A DNA stretch of 27,908 nucleotides from a virus (taxonomy: Duplodnaviria > Caudoviricetes). The notes beneath the pieces were generated by a model that was not told the origin of the DNA, did not search any database, and saw only the letters and a list, made by a program, of their open reading frames with translations. The position numbers and the translations under genes were made by a program. The stretch's first letter is position 1, and each line of letters starts with the position of its first letter. This document shows positions 1 to 9,101 of this stretch, piece after piece. The DNA lies in IMG/VR virus record IMGVR_UViG_3300047477_000084, positions 1 to 27,908 of that record. One strand, 5' to 3'.

Positions 1-26
1 TCTGGACTGACGATTAACCGCAACCC

Positions 27-49
27 AAGCCCGCTTCGGCGGGTTTTTT
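27..49 (+). terminator. Intrinsic terminator
   Basis: aagCCCGC-TTCG-GCGGGtttttt: GC stem, C(UUCG)G tetraloop and U tract. Confidence 0.8.
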
Positions 50-65
50 CATTTCTGGACTGACG

Positions 66-254
66 ATGCTCACCCAAGAAGATTTCAAAACCCCGACGTG
101 GCAGCGCATGCGCGAGCACGTTGAGGCGCGGCTCAACCAGCTGCGCCAGATCAACGACCAGAACCACGACATGGAAAAGACCGCGAGCATTCGCGGTGCA
201 ATCGCAGAACTCAAAGGACTGCTGGCCTTGGACAAGTCCAAGCCCGGCGTTTAA
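66..254 (+). CDS. Small phage protein of the type found between portal and scaffold genes (62 aa)
   Basis: Helical, protein-like sequence with IRGAIAELKGLL motif; GGA SD-like site upstream; position before the scaffold gene. Confidence 0.75.
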   Translation: MLTQEDFKTPTWQRMREHVEARLNQLRQINDQNHDMEKTASIRGAIAELKGLLALDKSKPGV

Positions 255-296
255 CCGGATAGCCACGGCAAGACCGTCGATATCCACCCGCAACCG

Positions 297-321
297 ACCC
301 GCCCATGAGGCGGGTTTTTTT
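297..321 (+). terminator. Intrinsic terminator
   Basis: ACCCGCC-catga-GGCGGGT followed by a T run. Confidence 0.75.
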
Positions 322-334
322 ATGGACGAACGAA

Positions 335-1231
335 ATGGATCAGAACCAGATACCCGACGACAGCGCAGCAGAAGATGCCGCCTTTGCTGCCGGCTTTGCG
401 TCAGTTGCTGGCGGCGAGCAGCCCCCGGCAGCGCGCAGCGAACCCGGCACGGCAGATGCGCAGGCAGATGACGCGGACGCCAGCCATGACGATGCACCAA
501 CCCCCGACGCAGACACCGATACCACTGCAGCGCCAGCCGCCGATAAGGCCGCTGATGCGCCCGCTGATGAGTTGGCCGGGCTGCCGGAATCGGTGCGCGC
601 CAAGCTGGCCAGCTTTGATCAGGTGATGGCGCGACTGCGCAACGTGGAAGGCCACGTTGGCGGGATTAACTCGCAACTCAAGCAAATCGCCAGCAAGCCG
701 GTGCCGCAAGCGCCCGCTGCATCGGACACCCCTGCACCGCAGGGCATGACCGGCGAGAAGTGGAAGAGGTTGCAGGAGGATTTCCCGGAAGTGGCCGACG
801 CCCTGGCCGAGCAGTTGCAGCAGGTGCGCCAGCCCGGCGCGCAGACCGGCGTGAGCCTGCAGGACGTGGAAACGCGCATCGAGCAGGCACGGCGAGATGT
901 GCAATACGAGCTGATCGAAGAGCGGCACCCAAGCTGGCAGTCGGCGTTGCAATCGCCCGATGGCCAGGCATGGCTGCAAACGCTGTCGCCCAGCGAGCAG
1001 AGCGACTTTCTCAATACCGAGCGCGCCAACGTCGTCAACAGTTATCTGGATCGATTCAAAGCCCACCGCGAGCAAATCGGCGCAGCCATGCAAACCCGGC
1101 AGAGCCGCGAGCGCATTGCGCGTGATGCTGTCGCGCCAACCGGTGGGGCCAAGGCCGGCGGCGCACGCCGCAATGAGCCAACCGAAGATGACGCATTTCT
1201 GGCCGGATTCCGCCAAGTACGCGGCGGCTGA
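335..1231 (+). CDS. Capsid scaffolding protein
   Basis: Acidic Ala/Asp/Pro-rich N-terminus, coiled-coil middle, terminal EDDAFLAGF echoing N-terminal EDAAFAAGF; directly upstream of the capsid gene. ATG 335 chosen because ATG 305 lies inside the terminator. Confidence 0.8.
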   Translation: MDQNQIPDDSAAEDAAFAAGFASVAGGEQPPAARSEPGTADAQADDADASHDDAPTPDADTDTTAAPAADKAADAPADELAGLPESVRAKLASFDQVMARLRNVEGHVGGINSQLKQIASKPVPQAPAASDTPAPQGMTGEKWKRLQEDFPEVADALAEQLQQVRQPGAQTGVSLQDVETRIEQARRDVQYELIEERHPSWQSALQSPDGQAWLQTLSPSEQSDFLNTERANVVNSYLDRFKAHREQIGAAMQTRQSRERIARDAVAPTGGAKAGGARRNEPTEDDAFLAGFRQVRGG

Positions 1232-1264
1232 CCAATCAAAAACACACGAAAAAGGACATAGGAC

Positions 1265-2296
1265 ATGGCTACTCAAGCCCTGAATACCGCTGCCCAGCGA
1301 ATTGGCAAATACAATGGCCAAATCATGGCGCATGCAATGCCGGTTGAAGTTGCCGGCCGTTTTGGCGTTAAGCGCCAGATCCCGAAAAACAACGGCGATA
1401 CCGTGATTTTCCGTCGCTGGTTGCCGCATGGCGCGACCGCTGGCGCACCGAACATCTGGAACGTTGACCCGGCCAAGCACACCATTCAGGAAGGCGTGAC
1501 CCCGACTGCGGACACCGTGAAGCATCAGGACGTGCAGGCCACGCTGCAGGAATACGGCGTCGTGTATCGCTACACCAACCGCGTGGCAGACCTGTACGAG
1601 GATGATGTACCGGCTGAAATCGTACAGCTGGCCGGCGAGCGCATGGGCCTGGTTACCGAGCTGGTGCGATTGGGCAAGCTGCGTGCGTGTACCAACGTGT
1701 TTTATCCGGGCGGCGTGGCTTCGCGCTCGCTGGTGGCAAGCAAGATTTCGCCGGCACTGCTGCGCAAGATTGCCCGCTCGCTGAACAGCAACCTGGCACG
1801 CAAGATCACCAACGTGCTGGACGCCAGCCCGAATTCCAACACATACCCGATTGAAGCGGCGTATGTGGTGCTGTGCCATTCGGACGTGGAGGCTGATCTG
1901 CGCACCGAGTTGCCGGGCTTCTCGCATGTCAGCGAGTACGGCCAGCGCAAAACGGTGCATGAAAACGAGCTGGGTTCGTGGGAGCAGTTCCGCTTTATCT
2001 GCACCCCGCACATGCCGACCTACACCGGTCAGGGCGCAGCGGTGGGCGCAACCGGCTTGGTGGGCACCACCAATATCGACGTTTACCCGTTGATCGTGTT
2101 GTCGCAAGAGGCGTTTGGCGATGTGGCGCTGCGCGGCAAGGATGCTTACACCGTCGGCCATATCCCGGCATCTGCCAAATCCAAGGATGACCCGCTGGGC
2201 CAGCGCGGCGTGATTTCTGCATCGGCTTATTTCACCGCCGTGTTGCTCAATGAGCTGCAGATGGCGGTGGCTGAAGTCGGCGTGACCGCGCTGTAA
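1265..2296 (+). CDS. Major capsid protein, N4-gp56 family (HK97 fold)
   Basis: 343 aa with family-typical motifs IPKNNGDTVIFRR, EGVTP, ENELGS..QFRFI, DPLGQRG; AGGA SD. Confidence 0.92.
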   Translation: MATQALNTAAQRIGKYNGQIMAHAMPVEVAGRFGVKRQIPKNNGDTVIFRRWLPHGATAGAPNIWNVDPAKHTIQEGVTPTADTVKHQDVQATLQEYGVVYRYTNRVADLYEDDVPAEIVQLAGERMGLVTELVRLGKLRACTNVFYPGGVASRSLVASKISPALLRKIARSLNSNLARKITNVLDASPNSNTYPIEAAYVVLCHSDVEADLRTELPGFSHVSEYGQRKTVHENELGSWEQFRFICTPHMPTYTGQGAAVGATGLVGTTNIDVYPLIVLSQEAFGDVALRGKDAYTVGHIPASAKSKDDPLGQRGVISASAYFTAVLLNELQMAVAEVGVTAL

Positions 2297-2306
2297 TAAC
2301 CAATCA

Positions 2307-2330
2307 GGCGGCTGGCTGATGCTGGCCGCC
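2307..2330 (+). promoter_or_regulatory. GC-rich intergenic hairpin (mRNA stability or processing?)
   Basis: GGCGGCTGGC-tgat-GCTGGCCGCC stem with G:U pairs and no U tract, between the capsid and decoration genes. Confidence 0.4.
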
Positions 2331-2354
2331 GCATAAACAAAAGGACACAAAGCG

Positions 2355-2843
2355 ATGGATACCATCAATCAACCGTTCGCCGCATCGATGTGTACCGGCG
2401 TTGCCGGCCTGACGCTGACTGCTGCAGCAACAACTTATTCGACAACCACTGCAATCGCCTTCAGCAACAAGGGCGTGGCGTATGCCAAGGGTGTGATTTC
2501 CGCGACCGCGACCCCGACCACTGACGCGCTGACCGGCGTGGCATTCAAGGGCATTACCAAGGGCCAGGCCACGGTGCTGGTGTGGTGTCTGGATGTCGCC
2601 GGCACCGTCAAGGTGGCACAGGGCAGCATCGGCCTGACCGACGCGGCCGGCAATGTGGTGGATGCGGGCTTGCAGTTCCCGGCTATCCCCGACGAGCTGA
2701 CCCCGTTTGGCTATTCGGTGCACCGGGCCGCCTCGACGGTGGTAGGCACCTGGACGCCATCCAGCAGCAACTGGGACGCCACCGGCATGGCCAAAACGGC
2801 GTATAACGTGTTCACGTTGCCGGATCGTCCAGCCACCGTTTAA
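2355..2843 (+). CDS. Probable capsid decoration/auxiliary head protein
   Basis: 162 aa, Thr/Ala/Gly-rich and beta-type; directly after the capsid gene with AAAGGA SD, inside the same terminator-bounded unit. Confidence 0.65.
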   Translation: MDTINQPFAASMCTGVAGLTLTAAATTYSTTTAIAFSNKGVAYAKGVISATATPTTDALTGVAFKGITKGQATVLVWCLDVAGTVKVAQGSIGLTDAAGNVVDAGLQFPAIPDELTPFGYSVHRAASTVVGTWTPSSSNWDATGMAKTAYNVFTLPDRPATV

Positions 2844-2865
2844 TCCTCTCGCATTCATCTGCAAC

Positions 2866-2896
2866 AAAGGGCGCTTCGGCGCCCTTTCTACTTTTT
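2866..2896 (+). terminator. Intrinsic terminator closing the capsid/decoration unit
   Basis: AAAGGGCGC-TTCG-GCGCCCTTT then ctacttttt. Confidence 0.8.
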
Positions 2897-2906
2897 GGGG
2901 CAAGAC

Positions 2907-3377
2907 ATGACCACTCGCAAGACAGCGATTAACTCCGACGACCTGATGACGCAGCGCCCGCGTGCCATGCGTATTGATGAGGTTGACACTCTGATGGGCG
3001 ATGACGCGCAGAACATCGTGATGCCGTCGATGTTTCAGGATGTACCCGAGTACGAAAAATTCATGAACGACTATCTGGAGATCGTTGTGGCCGCATCGAG
3101 CGACAAAAACGCGCCGCCGATGGTGCCGGTTGGCGTCAATGGCCGGCAGGTTTGGTTGCCGCGCGGCCAAAATGTGGAAGTGCGCCGCTATTTTGTAGAG
3201 CGTTTGCTGCGCGCCCAGCCGCGTGATTTCAAGACCGTGAACGATCAGGACTTCGGCGCAGAAACCGCCACCCGCATTGCTGAAAGCATCGGCACATCGT
3301 ACCCGATCAGCATCATCAACGATCCCGATCCGCGTGGCCGCGATTGGGCAAACATGGTTAGCTTGCAAGCGTGTTGA
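2907..3377 (+). CDS. Hypothetical phage protein of the head region
   Basis: Protein-like ORF with VPVGVNGRQVWLPRGQNVEV motif; ATG 2907 preceded by GGGG. Confidence 0.75.
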   Translation: MTTRKTAINSDDLMTQRPRAMRIDEVDTLMGDDAQNIVMPSMFQDVPEYEKFMNDYLEIVVAASSDKNAPPMVPVGVNGRQVWLPRGQNVEVRRYFVERLLRAQPRDFKTVNDQDFGAETATRIAESIGTSYPISIINDPDPRGRDWANMVSLQAC

Positions 3378-3390
3378 GGGGGGGTGAATC

Positions 3391-3795
3391 ATGAGCCTTA
3401 GCAACACCACCGAAAACGCAGCCCTGAAGATGTTTTTGCAGGGCACCGACCCATCGTATCGCGTGGGCGCCACACAGTATCTGGCGCTGTTTACCGCAGA
3501 CCCGACCGAATCTGGCAGCGTGGCGAATGAGGCCAACTACACCGGCTATGCCCGCGTGGCGCTGACCAAGGCGACCGCATGGACGGACGGCGGCAGCACC
3601 TTCAGCAACGCCGCGTTGATCCAGTTCGGCGCATGCACTGCGGGCAGCAACACGGTTACACATTTTGCCGTAGTGGACACCGCATCTGGCGCGGTGGCGA
3701 TGATGATTTCTGGCGCGCTGAGTGCATCGCTCAACGTGTCGGCCGGCATTCAGCCGCAGTTCGCAGCAGCGGCCCTCACGATCACGGCTGATTGA
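3391..3795 (+). CDS. Small beta-rich virion structural protein (fibre/whisker-associated type)
   Basis: YLALFTADP...E..YTGYARV..ITF-like pattern common in phage structural proteins; GAGGGG SD. Confidence 0.75.
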   Translation: MSLSNTTENAALKMFLQGTDPSYRVGATQYLALFTADPTESGSVANEANYTGYARVALTKATAWTDGGSTFSNAALIQFGACTAGSNTVTHFAVVDTASGAVAMMISGALSASLNVSAGIQPQFAAAALTITAD

Positions 3796-3812
3796 TATGC
3801 AGGAGGTGATCC

Positions 3813-4676
3813 GTGTCGTTTCTTAATCACCGCGAAATCATCCGGGCGGTGGAGCTGGGCCGCATGCACTTGCAGTTTATCCACAAAACCAGCACGCCCA
3901 CGCCGGGCGCCAGTCGCTGGGCTGATTGTTCGATGGGTGCCGGCACGCCGATCTACAACGCCTATGTTGGCGGCCAGCTGGAGTCAACGCAGCTGATTGG
4001 GCAAAAAAATCAGGGCATCTACACCGGCCCCACGCCAGCAGCAGGGCAGGCTAAATATCTGGCTCAGATATCTCTGGCATCGCCGCAGACATCCAACGGC
4101 GCGCCGTACACGGTGCAGGTGTGCGATTACCTGATGTTCTACCCTCTTGTGGATGGCGACAGCACCGACCAGCAGGATATGGAAAACCTCACCAGCCTGC
4201 CGCGCTACACCAGCGGGGCGGGCGTGCAGCTGATGCTGGTATGCACCACGCCAATGACGGCGTCGGGTGACATCCAGATCAACGTGACCACGGCGGACGA
4301 CGTGGACGTGACGCTGACAACCAGCACCACGGTGTCTGGTACGGTTGGCGTAGTCGTCAACACTGCCGCCAGCAACACGGCGATATCGTCGACCGCGTTT
4401 GTGCCGCTCGGGCCGCATCGCGGCATCAAGCGCGTCAACTGGATCACCAATCAGGCCGCGCTCGGCGGGTTCTACTGCGCGGCGTTGGTCAAGCCGCTGA
4501 CATCGATGATGCTGCGCGAGCCGCTGACGATGACAGAGCAGAGCCTTGTGATGCACAAGGCCAGCCTGCCGCGTGTTTTCGACGGCGCTTATATCAATTT
4601 TCTGCTGCAGGCATCGGCCGCCGGCACCGGTAACCCCGGTGCGATTCGCGGCGAATTCGATTTCATTTGGGGGTAG
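3813..4676 (+). CDS. Putative structural protein, paralogue A
   Basis: AGGAGG SD before GTG; end-to-end similarity to 4679..5554. Confidence 0.8.
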   Translation: MSFLNHREIIRAVELGRMHLQFIHKTSTPTPGASRWADCSMGAGTPIYNAYVGGQLESTQLIGQKNQGIYTGPTPAAGQAKYLAQISLASPQTSNGAPYTVQVCDYLMFYPLVDGDSTDQQDMENLTSLPRYTSGAGVQLMLVCTTPMTASGDIQINVTTADDVDVTLTTSTTVSGTVGVVVNTAASNTAISSTAFVPLGPHRGIKRVNWITNQAALGGFYCAALVKPLTSMMLREPLTMTEQSLVMHKASLPRVFDGAYINFLLQASAAGTGNPGAIRGEFDFIWG

Positions 4677-4678
4677 AC

Positions 4679-5554
4679 ATGGCTTTTTCTTCGCTCGACG
4701 ATCTGGTAAACAAGATGAGCAACGGCCAGACCACCGGCCAAGTGGTTTTTAACAAACTGGTGCCAGCGGCGCACACCGCTGGCCGCTGGTACGATTTCAG
4801 CGGCCTGGGCGGCACGCCGATTGCCAACGCATGGGCCGGTACCGCGCTCAACTGGCGCACCTGTGACGAGACAACCGGCAACGGCACGCAGATTTTCGGA
4901 ATCCCGCACGGCGGCAACGTGGCAGCAGCCACCAAACACATTGTCAACGCCATGGCGGTGACGCCCGGCGTGGTGCCGGGGGTGCTGATGCTGGTGGACA
5001 TGCAGGGCTATTACCCTGGCATTTCGCTCAATTCGGCCACGGCTCAAACGCTGGTTGGCACGCCCACGCTGCGCTACACCAACGGCGTTGGAGTGCGCGC
5101 ATGTCTGATCACCACCGTGGCATCTGGCGCTACGGCGCACAACATCGCCTACGGCTACACCAATTCGGCAGGCGCTTCTGGCAAAACCAACCCGGTAACG
5201 GTGGCGGGCACTGCATCGGCGATTGTGTCGCATCTCACTCACTCTGGCACGGCGGCCAACAACTACGGGCCTTTCCTGCCGCTGGCGTCGGGCGATTCCG
5301 GCATCCGGTCGGTGCAGTCGGTTACGTTGTCGGCAGCCTCTGGCGCTGGCACTGCGGCGCTGGCGCTGGTGCGGCCTATCGCCATGATGCCGCTGACCAC
5401 CGCAGGCGTGGCGGTAGAGCGGGATTTTGTAAACCAATTCCCGAGCCTGCCGCGCATCATCGATGGCGCGTGCCTGACGTGGCTGTACTTCGCTGGAGGC
5501 ACCACGGCCGCAAACACCAACTTTTACGGCAGCATCGAAGCGGTCTGGAGCTGA
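4679..5554 (+). CDS. Putative structural protein, paralogue B
   Basis: ATG 2 nt after the upstream stop; shares RW.D.S..GTP, RYT.G.GV, ALV.P, SLPR..DGA with the previous ORF. Confidence 0.82.
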   Translation: MAFSSLDDLVNKMSNGQTTGQVVFNKLVPAAHTAGRWYDFSGLGGTPIANAWAGTALNWRTCDETTGNGTQIFGIPHGGNVAAATKHIVNAMAVTPGVVPGVLMLVDMQGYYPGISLNSATAQTLVGTPTLRYTNGVGVRACLITTVASGATAHNIAYGYTNSAGASGKTNPVTVAGTASAIVSHLTHSGTAANNYGPFLPLASGDSGIRSVQSVTLSAASGAGTAALALVRPIAMMPLTTAGVAVERDFVNQFPSLPRIIDGACLTWLYFAGGTTAANTNFYGSIEAVWS

Positions 5555-5556
5555 CC

Positions 5557-6315
5557 ATGGCCTTGTTGCGCAACGGCACCGTGCTCAATCAGTACCCGCT
5601 GCGCCAGATGGGCGGCGGCGTGGCGGCTGATATCAGTATGTTCAACCGGGCTGACCGGCGGAACATTTACAGCGGCATCACGGATAACAAGTCAGGCATC
5701 CCCAACGGACATGGCACGCCGTCTGCATGGTTGTTGCCGCTCAAGCCGGGCGGTATGTCGTCGGTCAATTACACCTACGCCACAGTGGCGGCCAGCGCAT
5801 CCGGCACAATGGGCGCGCCCATAACGGCATCATCGCTGCTGACACTGCTGGCCGATGCCACGGGCGGGCTGATCACATCCGGACAGGGCGCGGCTACGCT
5901 GTCGCTGCTGCTGGCCGATGCGCTGCTCACGGCATCGCTATCGGGTGATGGCGCGGCATCGATGCTGTTATCGGGCGCTGCCCTGCTTGGCGCTCAAGCC
6001 AATATCGAGGCCACCGCGCAAGCGGCGCTGACAGCGGCGCTGCAGGCGTATGCCATCGGCCACATGGCCGGCGATACCATCGACGACGGGGTATTGACGG
6101 CACAGGCCATCGCCCAGGCTGTTGGCGACCGAATCATCGAAGCCGGGCTGAGTGCTGACGACGTGGCGCGGCTGCTGCTGGCATTTGCGGCGGGCAATGC
6201 CACCGGGCTGGATGGCGCTGATCCGAAGTTTTACGCGCGGGACGGCGCAACAGTGCGGATTGACGGCAGCTACAGCAGCGGCAACAGAACAATCGACAGC
6301 ATCAACGGGGGCTAG
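5557..6315 (+). CDS. Putative structural protein, Ala/Gly/Leu-rich
   Basis: GGAG SD then ATG 5557 (MALLRNG...). The upstream extension in the ORF track (from 5101) is an overlap artefact. Confidence 0.78.
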   Translation: MALLRNGTVLNQYPLRQMGGGVAADISMFNRADRRNIYSGITDNKSGIPNGHGTPSAWLLPLKPGGMSSVNYTYATVAASASGTMGAPITASSLLTLLADATGGLITSGQGAATLSLLLADALLTASLSGDGAASMLLSGAALLGAQANIEATAQAALTAALQAYAIGHMAGDTIDDGVLTAQAIAQAVGDRIIEAGLSADDVARLLLAFAAGNATGLDGADPKFYARDGATVRIDGSYSSGNRTIDSINGG

Positions 6316-6317
6316 TC

Positions 6318-6869
6318 ATGCGGGTAATCGGCGGCTGGCTCGGGCAGTGGTCTGGCAACTGGCTGGGGCCGGGCGAGTCGGGGCTACCGTCGGGATTCAT
6401 GGCGGGCAGTGCCGGTGCTGGCGTTTCGGCCAGCGGCATTGTGGCGGCGTCGGGCTGGATATCTGGCGGCGCCACCTGCCTGACAACGGCCGAGCTGCAG
6501 GCAACGCCGTCCGCATCGATGTCGGGTGCGGTGCACATCAGCATCAGTGCGTCGCTGACTTGGTCTATTGTTGTTGCCGCCAGTTTGCGTCAGACGGGAG
6601 CGGGACTAGGGTCGTTCAGGCCGTCGATGGGCATGCCGGGCGACCTGCGCGCAACCGGAGATGGCTTTGGTGCAATGCGGCCATCAATTAGCGTGGCTCG
6701 CGCAATACGCCCAACCGGTGAAGGATTCAGCGCGACGCGATCCGCTTCCGGCGTGCCGGGCGATCTACGCGCCACAGGTGCTGGGTTCAGCGATGCACGC
6801 CCACCACTCAACACCCCGAGCGCACTCCGCCCCGGCACCGGTGCGGTGCGCTTTGGGCGCAACAGGTAA
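6318..6869 (+). CDS. Hypothetical protein with W/G-rich N-terminus and 20-aa C-terminal repeats
   Basis: Coupled to the previous stop; repeats DLRATGxGF. Confidence 0.65.
   Translation: MRVIGGWLGQWSGNWLGPGESGLPSGFMAGSAGAGVSASGIVAASGWISGGATCLTTAELQATPSASMSGAVHISISASLTWSIVVAASLRQTGAGLGSFRPSMGMPGDLRATGDGFGAMRPSISVARAIRPTGEGFSATRSASGVPGDLRATGAGFSDARPPLNTPSALRPGTGAVRFGRNR
6582..6842 (+). repeat. About 4.3 x 60-nt degenerate coding tandem repeat
   Basis: SLRQTGAGLGSFRPSMGMPG / DLRATGDGFGAMRPSISVAR / AIRPTGEGFSATRSASGVPG / DLRATGAGFSDARPPLNTPS / ALRPGTG. Confidence 0.8.
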
Positions 6870-6885
6870 ATAACGGAGGTTTGAT

Positions 6886-7551
6886 TTGACTTATCTGCAA
6901 CTGCTGCAGGCGTTACACCGCGAGTCTGGCATTGCCGGCGCGGCGCCTGGCGATGTGACCGGATTGAGCGGCATTGCCGCCAAGATGGCGGACTGGCTGG
7001 CAACGGCATGGGTGGATATCCAGACGTCGCGCAAGTGGTCTTTTCTGCTGACCGAGGTGGATGTGGCGCTGACGGTTGGCCAGCGGGATTATGACGTGGT
7101 AACAGGCCTGAGCCTGCCCTATGTGCGGGAGTTTGATACCAGCTTTGCCGGTTTGCTGCAGCCGGACAATACGCCAATCGGGCCAGTCCGCTGGATGCCG
7201 TATGCCGAGTTTCGCGGCCGTTATGGCATGGCCACGCCGGAGAGCGGGCAACCTTCCAGCATGGCTCTGGTGGCCGGGTCAACGCTGCGGCTGAACACCT
7301 TGCCGGACGAGGCTTACAAGCTACGGCTGGCCTATTGGCAGGCGGCCGAAAAGCTGGTTGCCAGCACTGATACGCCGAGCCTGAACGAAGAAGAGCAAAA
7401 GATCATTGTCTGGCGGGCGCTGATGTATTACGCCGCACACGAAGGCGCGGCCGAGATTTACGGCGATGCGCAGGCCAAGTATCAGACGCTGTTTAGTGTG
7501 CTGTGTCAGCGGTATCTGCCCAACATCACCTTTGGAGCGCCGTTGGTATGA
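6886..7551 (+). CDS. Head-tail adaptor protein (tail tubular A-like)
   Basis: GGAGG SD with TTG start; MTYLQLLQ...W.DIQ...W.F...P.PD..Y...D.P.L...IVWRAL..Y pattern and 221-aa length typical of podoviral adaptors. Confidence 0.8.
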   Translation: MTYLQLLQALHRESGIAGAAPGDVTGLSGIAAKMADWLATAWVDIQTSRKWSFLLTEVDVALTVGQRDYDVVTGLSLPYVREFDTSFAGLLQPDNTPIGPVRWMPYAEFRGRYGMATPESGQPSSMALVAGSTLRLNTLPDEAYKLRLAYWQAAEKLVASTDTPSLNEEEQKIIVWRALMYYAAHEGAAEIYGDAQAKYQTLFSVLCQRYLPNITFGAPLV

Positions 7552-9101
7552 CGCAGGTAACGTCGTTTGCCATGGCCGGCGGGCTGAATCTGGTTACGGC
7601 ACCGGGCGCCACCAAGCCGGGCGAGTTGCTGTATGTCGAAAACTTTATCTGCAGCCAGAATGGCGGCTATCAGCGCATTGGTGGTTATGAGCGGTTTGAC
7701 GGCCAGCCGGCGCCATCGGGTTCGGTGGATGCTGGCGTGATTGCGGCTCGCCGCGCAGCCATTCAGGCGGTGCCGGGAGAGGGGCCGATTCGTGGCGTGT
7801 GGGTTTACAAGGGCGTGGTCTATGCCTTCCGCAACGCCGTTGGCGGCGCATCGTGCGTGATGTGGGCATCCAGTGGCGCGGGATGGGTCAGCAAGAAAAC
7901 CGGGCTGACGCCGGGCGGAACGTATCGCTTTGTCAATTGCAACTTCAAGGGCAGTGCGTCAAGCGTAATGATGTACGGATGTTCTGGCGTGCATAAGGCG
8001 TTTCAGTGGGATGGCACAACCTGGACGGACATTACCACCGGCATGGCCACGGACACCCCGCGATTTATCGAGGCGCATAAAAACTACCTGTGGCTGGGTT
8101 TTGCCAATGGCTCGCTGCAAAATTCATCGGTTGGAGATCCGACCGGGGCATGGACGCCGCGCACGGGGGCCAATGAAATTGGCCTGGGCGACGAGATCAC
8201 CAATATTGTCAGTCATAAGGGCGTGCTGGTGGCCTATGCCAGCAACAGCATTCACATTTTGTCTGGTTCGGCCAACAGCGGGTCGGACGTGTGGGCGCTG
8301 AACCCATACACCCGTGACGGCGGGGCGCTGGCCGATTGCGCGCGCATTATCGGCGGCGATGTGCTGGCGTGGGATTCACCGGGCGCCACCTATCTACAGG
8401 CAGCGCAGGTGTTTGGCGATTTCGCGGCCACGTCGCTGTCCAACAAGATCAAGCCACTGGCCAACAAGATTACGCCGCTCTTTGCGCTGGTGTCGAAGCA
8501 GAGCGGAACCTATCGGCTGTTTGCGAGCGACGGGCGGGTGCTGTGCGCCACATTGGCGGGCAACGCGCTGGCCGGATGGGGGCAAATCAAGTACGACCGG
8601 ACATTTACATGCGGTTGCGTGGGCGAAAATGCCAGTGGCAACGAGGTGATATTTGCCGGTGATGGCGGCGGCTATGTCTATCAGCTGGATAGCGGGCCGT
8701 CGTTTGACGGGGCGAATATTGTGGGTATTTTGCGCACGGCGTTTAACTCGCTGGGTGCGCCCACACGCAAGAAGCGCTGGCGCAGGCTGGTGCTTGAGTT
8801 GTCGGCATCGTCCGGGCCGGTAGCCTTGCGGGTGATGCCGGATTTCAATTTTGGTGATTTTGGCGGCAGCGCCACGGGCATGGATTTTGATATGTGGGCC
8901 AGTGGTGGCGGCGGGCTGTTTGACGGCGCGGACTGGGATGGCTTTGTGTTTGATGCCGGCACCGTTGGCCAGGCAAACGTCAACCTGTCTGGCGTGGCCA
9001 CATCCATGGGCCTGCTGTTCAACCACATATCCGCCACTGACGCGCCCTTTGTGCTGGCGGCAGCGCATGTGCATTACGACGTATGGGGGATGCAACGTTG
9101 A
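7548..9101 (+). CDS. Tail nozzle/tubular protein B (P22 gp10/T7 gp12-like beta-propeller)
   Basis: ATGA overlap with the adaptor stop; starts F..GGLN; repeated beta-blade motifs; C-terminal LG.P.RKKRWRRL. Confidence 0.8.
   Translation: MTQVTSFAMAGGLNLVTAPGATKPGELLYVENFICSQNGGYQRIGGYERFDGQPAPSGSVDAGVIAARRAAIQAVPGEGPIRGVWVYKGVVYAFRNAVGGASCVMWASSGAGWVSKKTGLTPGGTYRFVNCNFKGSASSVMMYGCSGVHKAFQWDGTTWTDITTGMATDTPRFIEAHKNYLWLGFANGSLQNSSVGDPTGAWTPRTGANEIGLGDEITNIVSHKGVLVAYASNSIHILSGSANSGSDVWALNPYTRDGGALADCARIIGGDVLAWDSPGATYLQAAQVFGDFAATSLSNKIKPLANKITPLFALVSKQSGTYRLFASDGRVLCATLAGNALAGWGQIKYDRTFTCGCVGENASGNEVIFAGDGGGYVYQLDSGPSFDGANIVGILRTAFNSLGAPTRKKRWRRLVLELSASSGPVALRVMPDFNFGDFGGSATGMDFDMWASGGGGLFDGADWDGFVFDAGTVGQANVNLSGVATSMGLLFNHISATDAPFVLAAAHVHYDVWGMQR

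Noticed and set aside
401-2368. 655-aa minus-strand ORF (also 2304..3536, 23915..25210 and similar)
   Set aside because: Antisense shadows of GC-biased real genes; His/Arg/Gln-rich composition with no motifs
5101-5556. N-terminal extension of the 5557 gene in the ORF track
   Set aside because: Overlaps paralogue B out of frame and reads as non-protein; SD and coupling support ATG 5557
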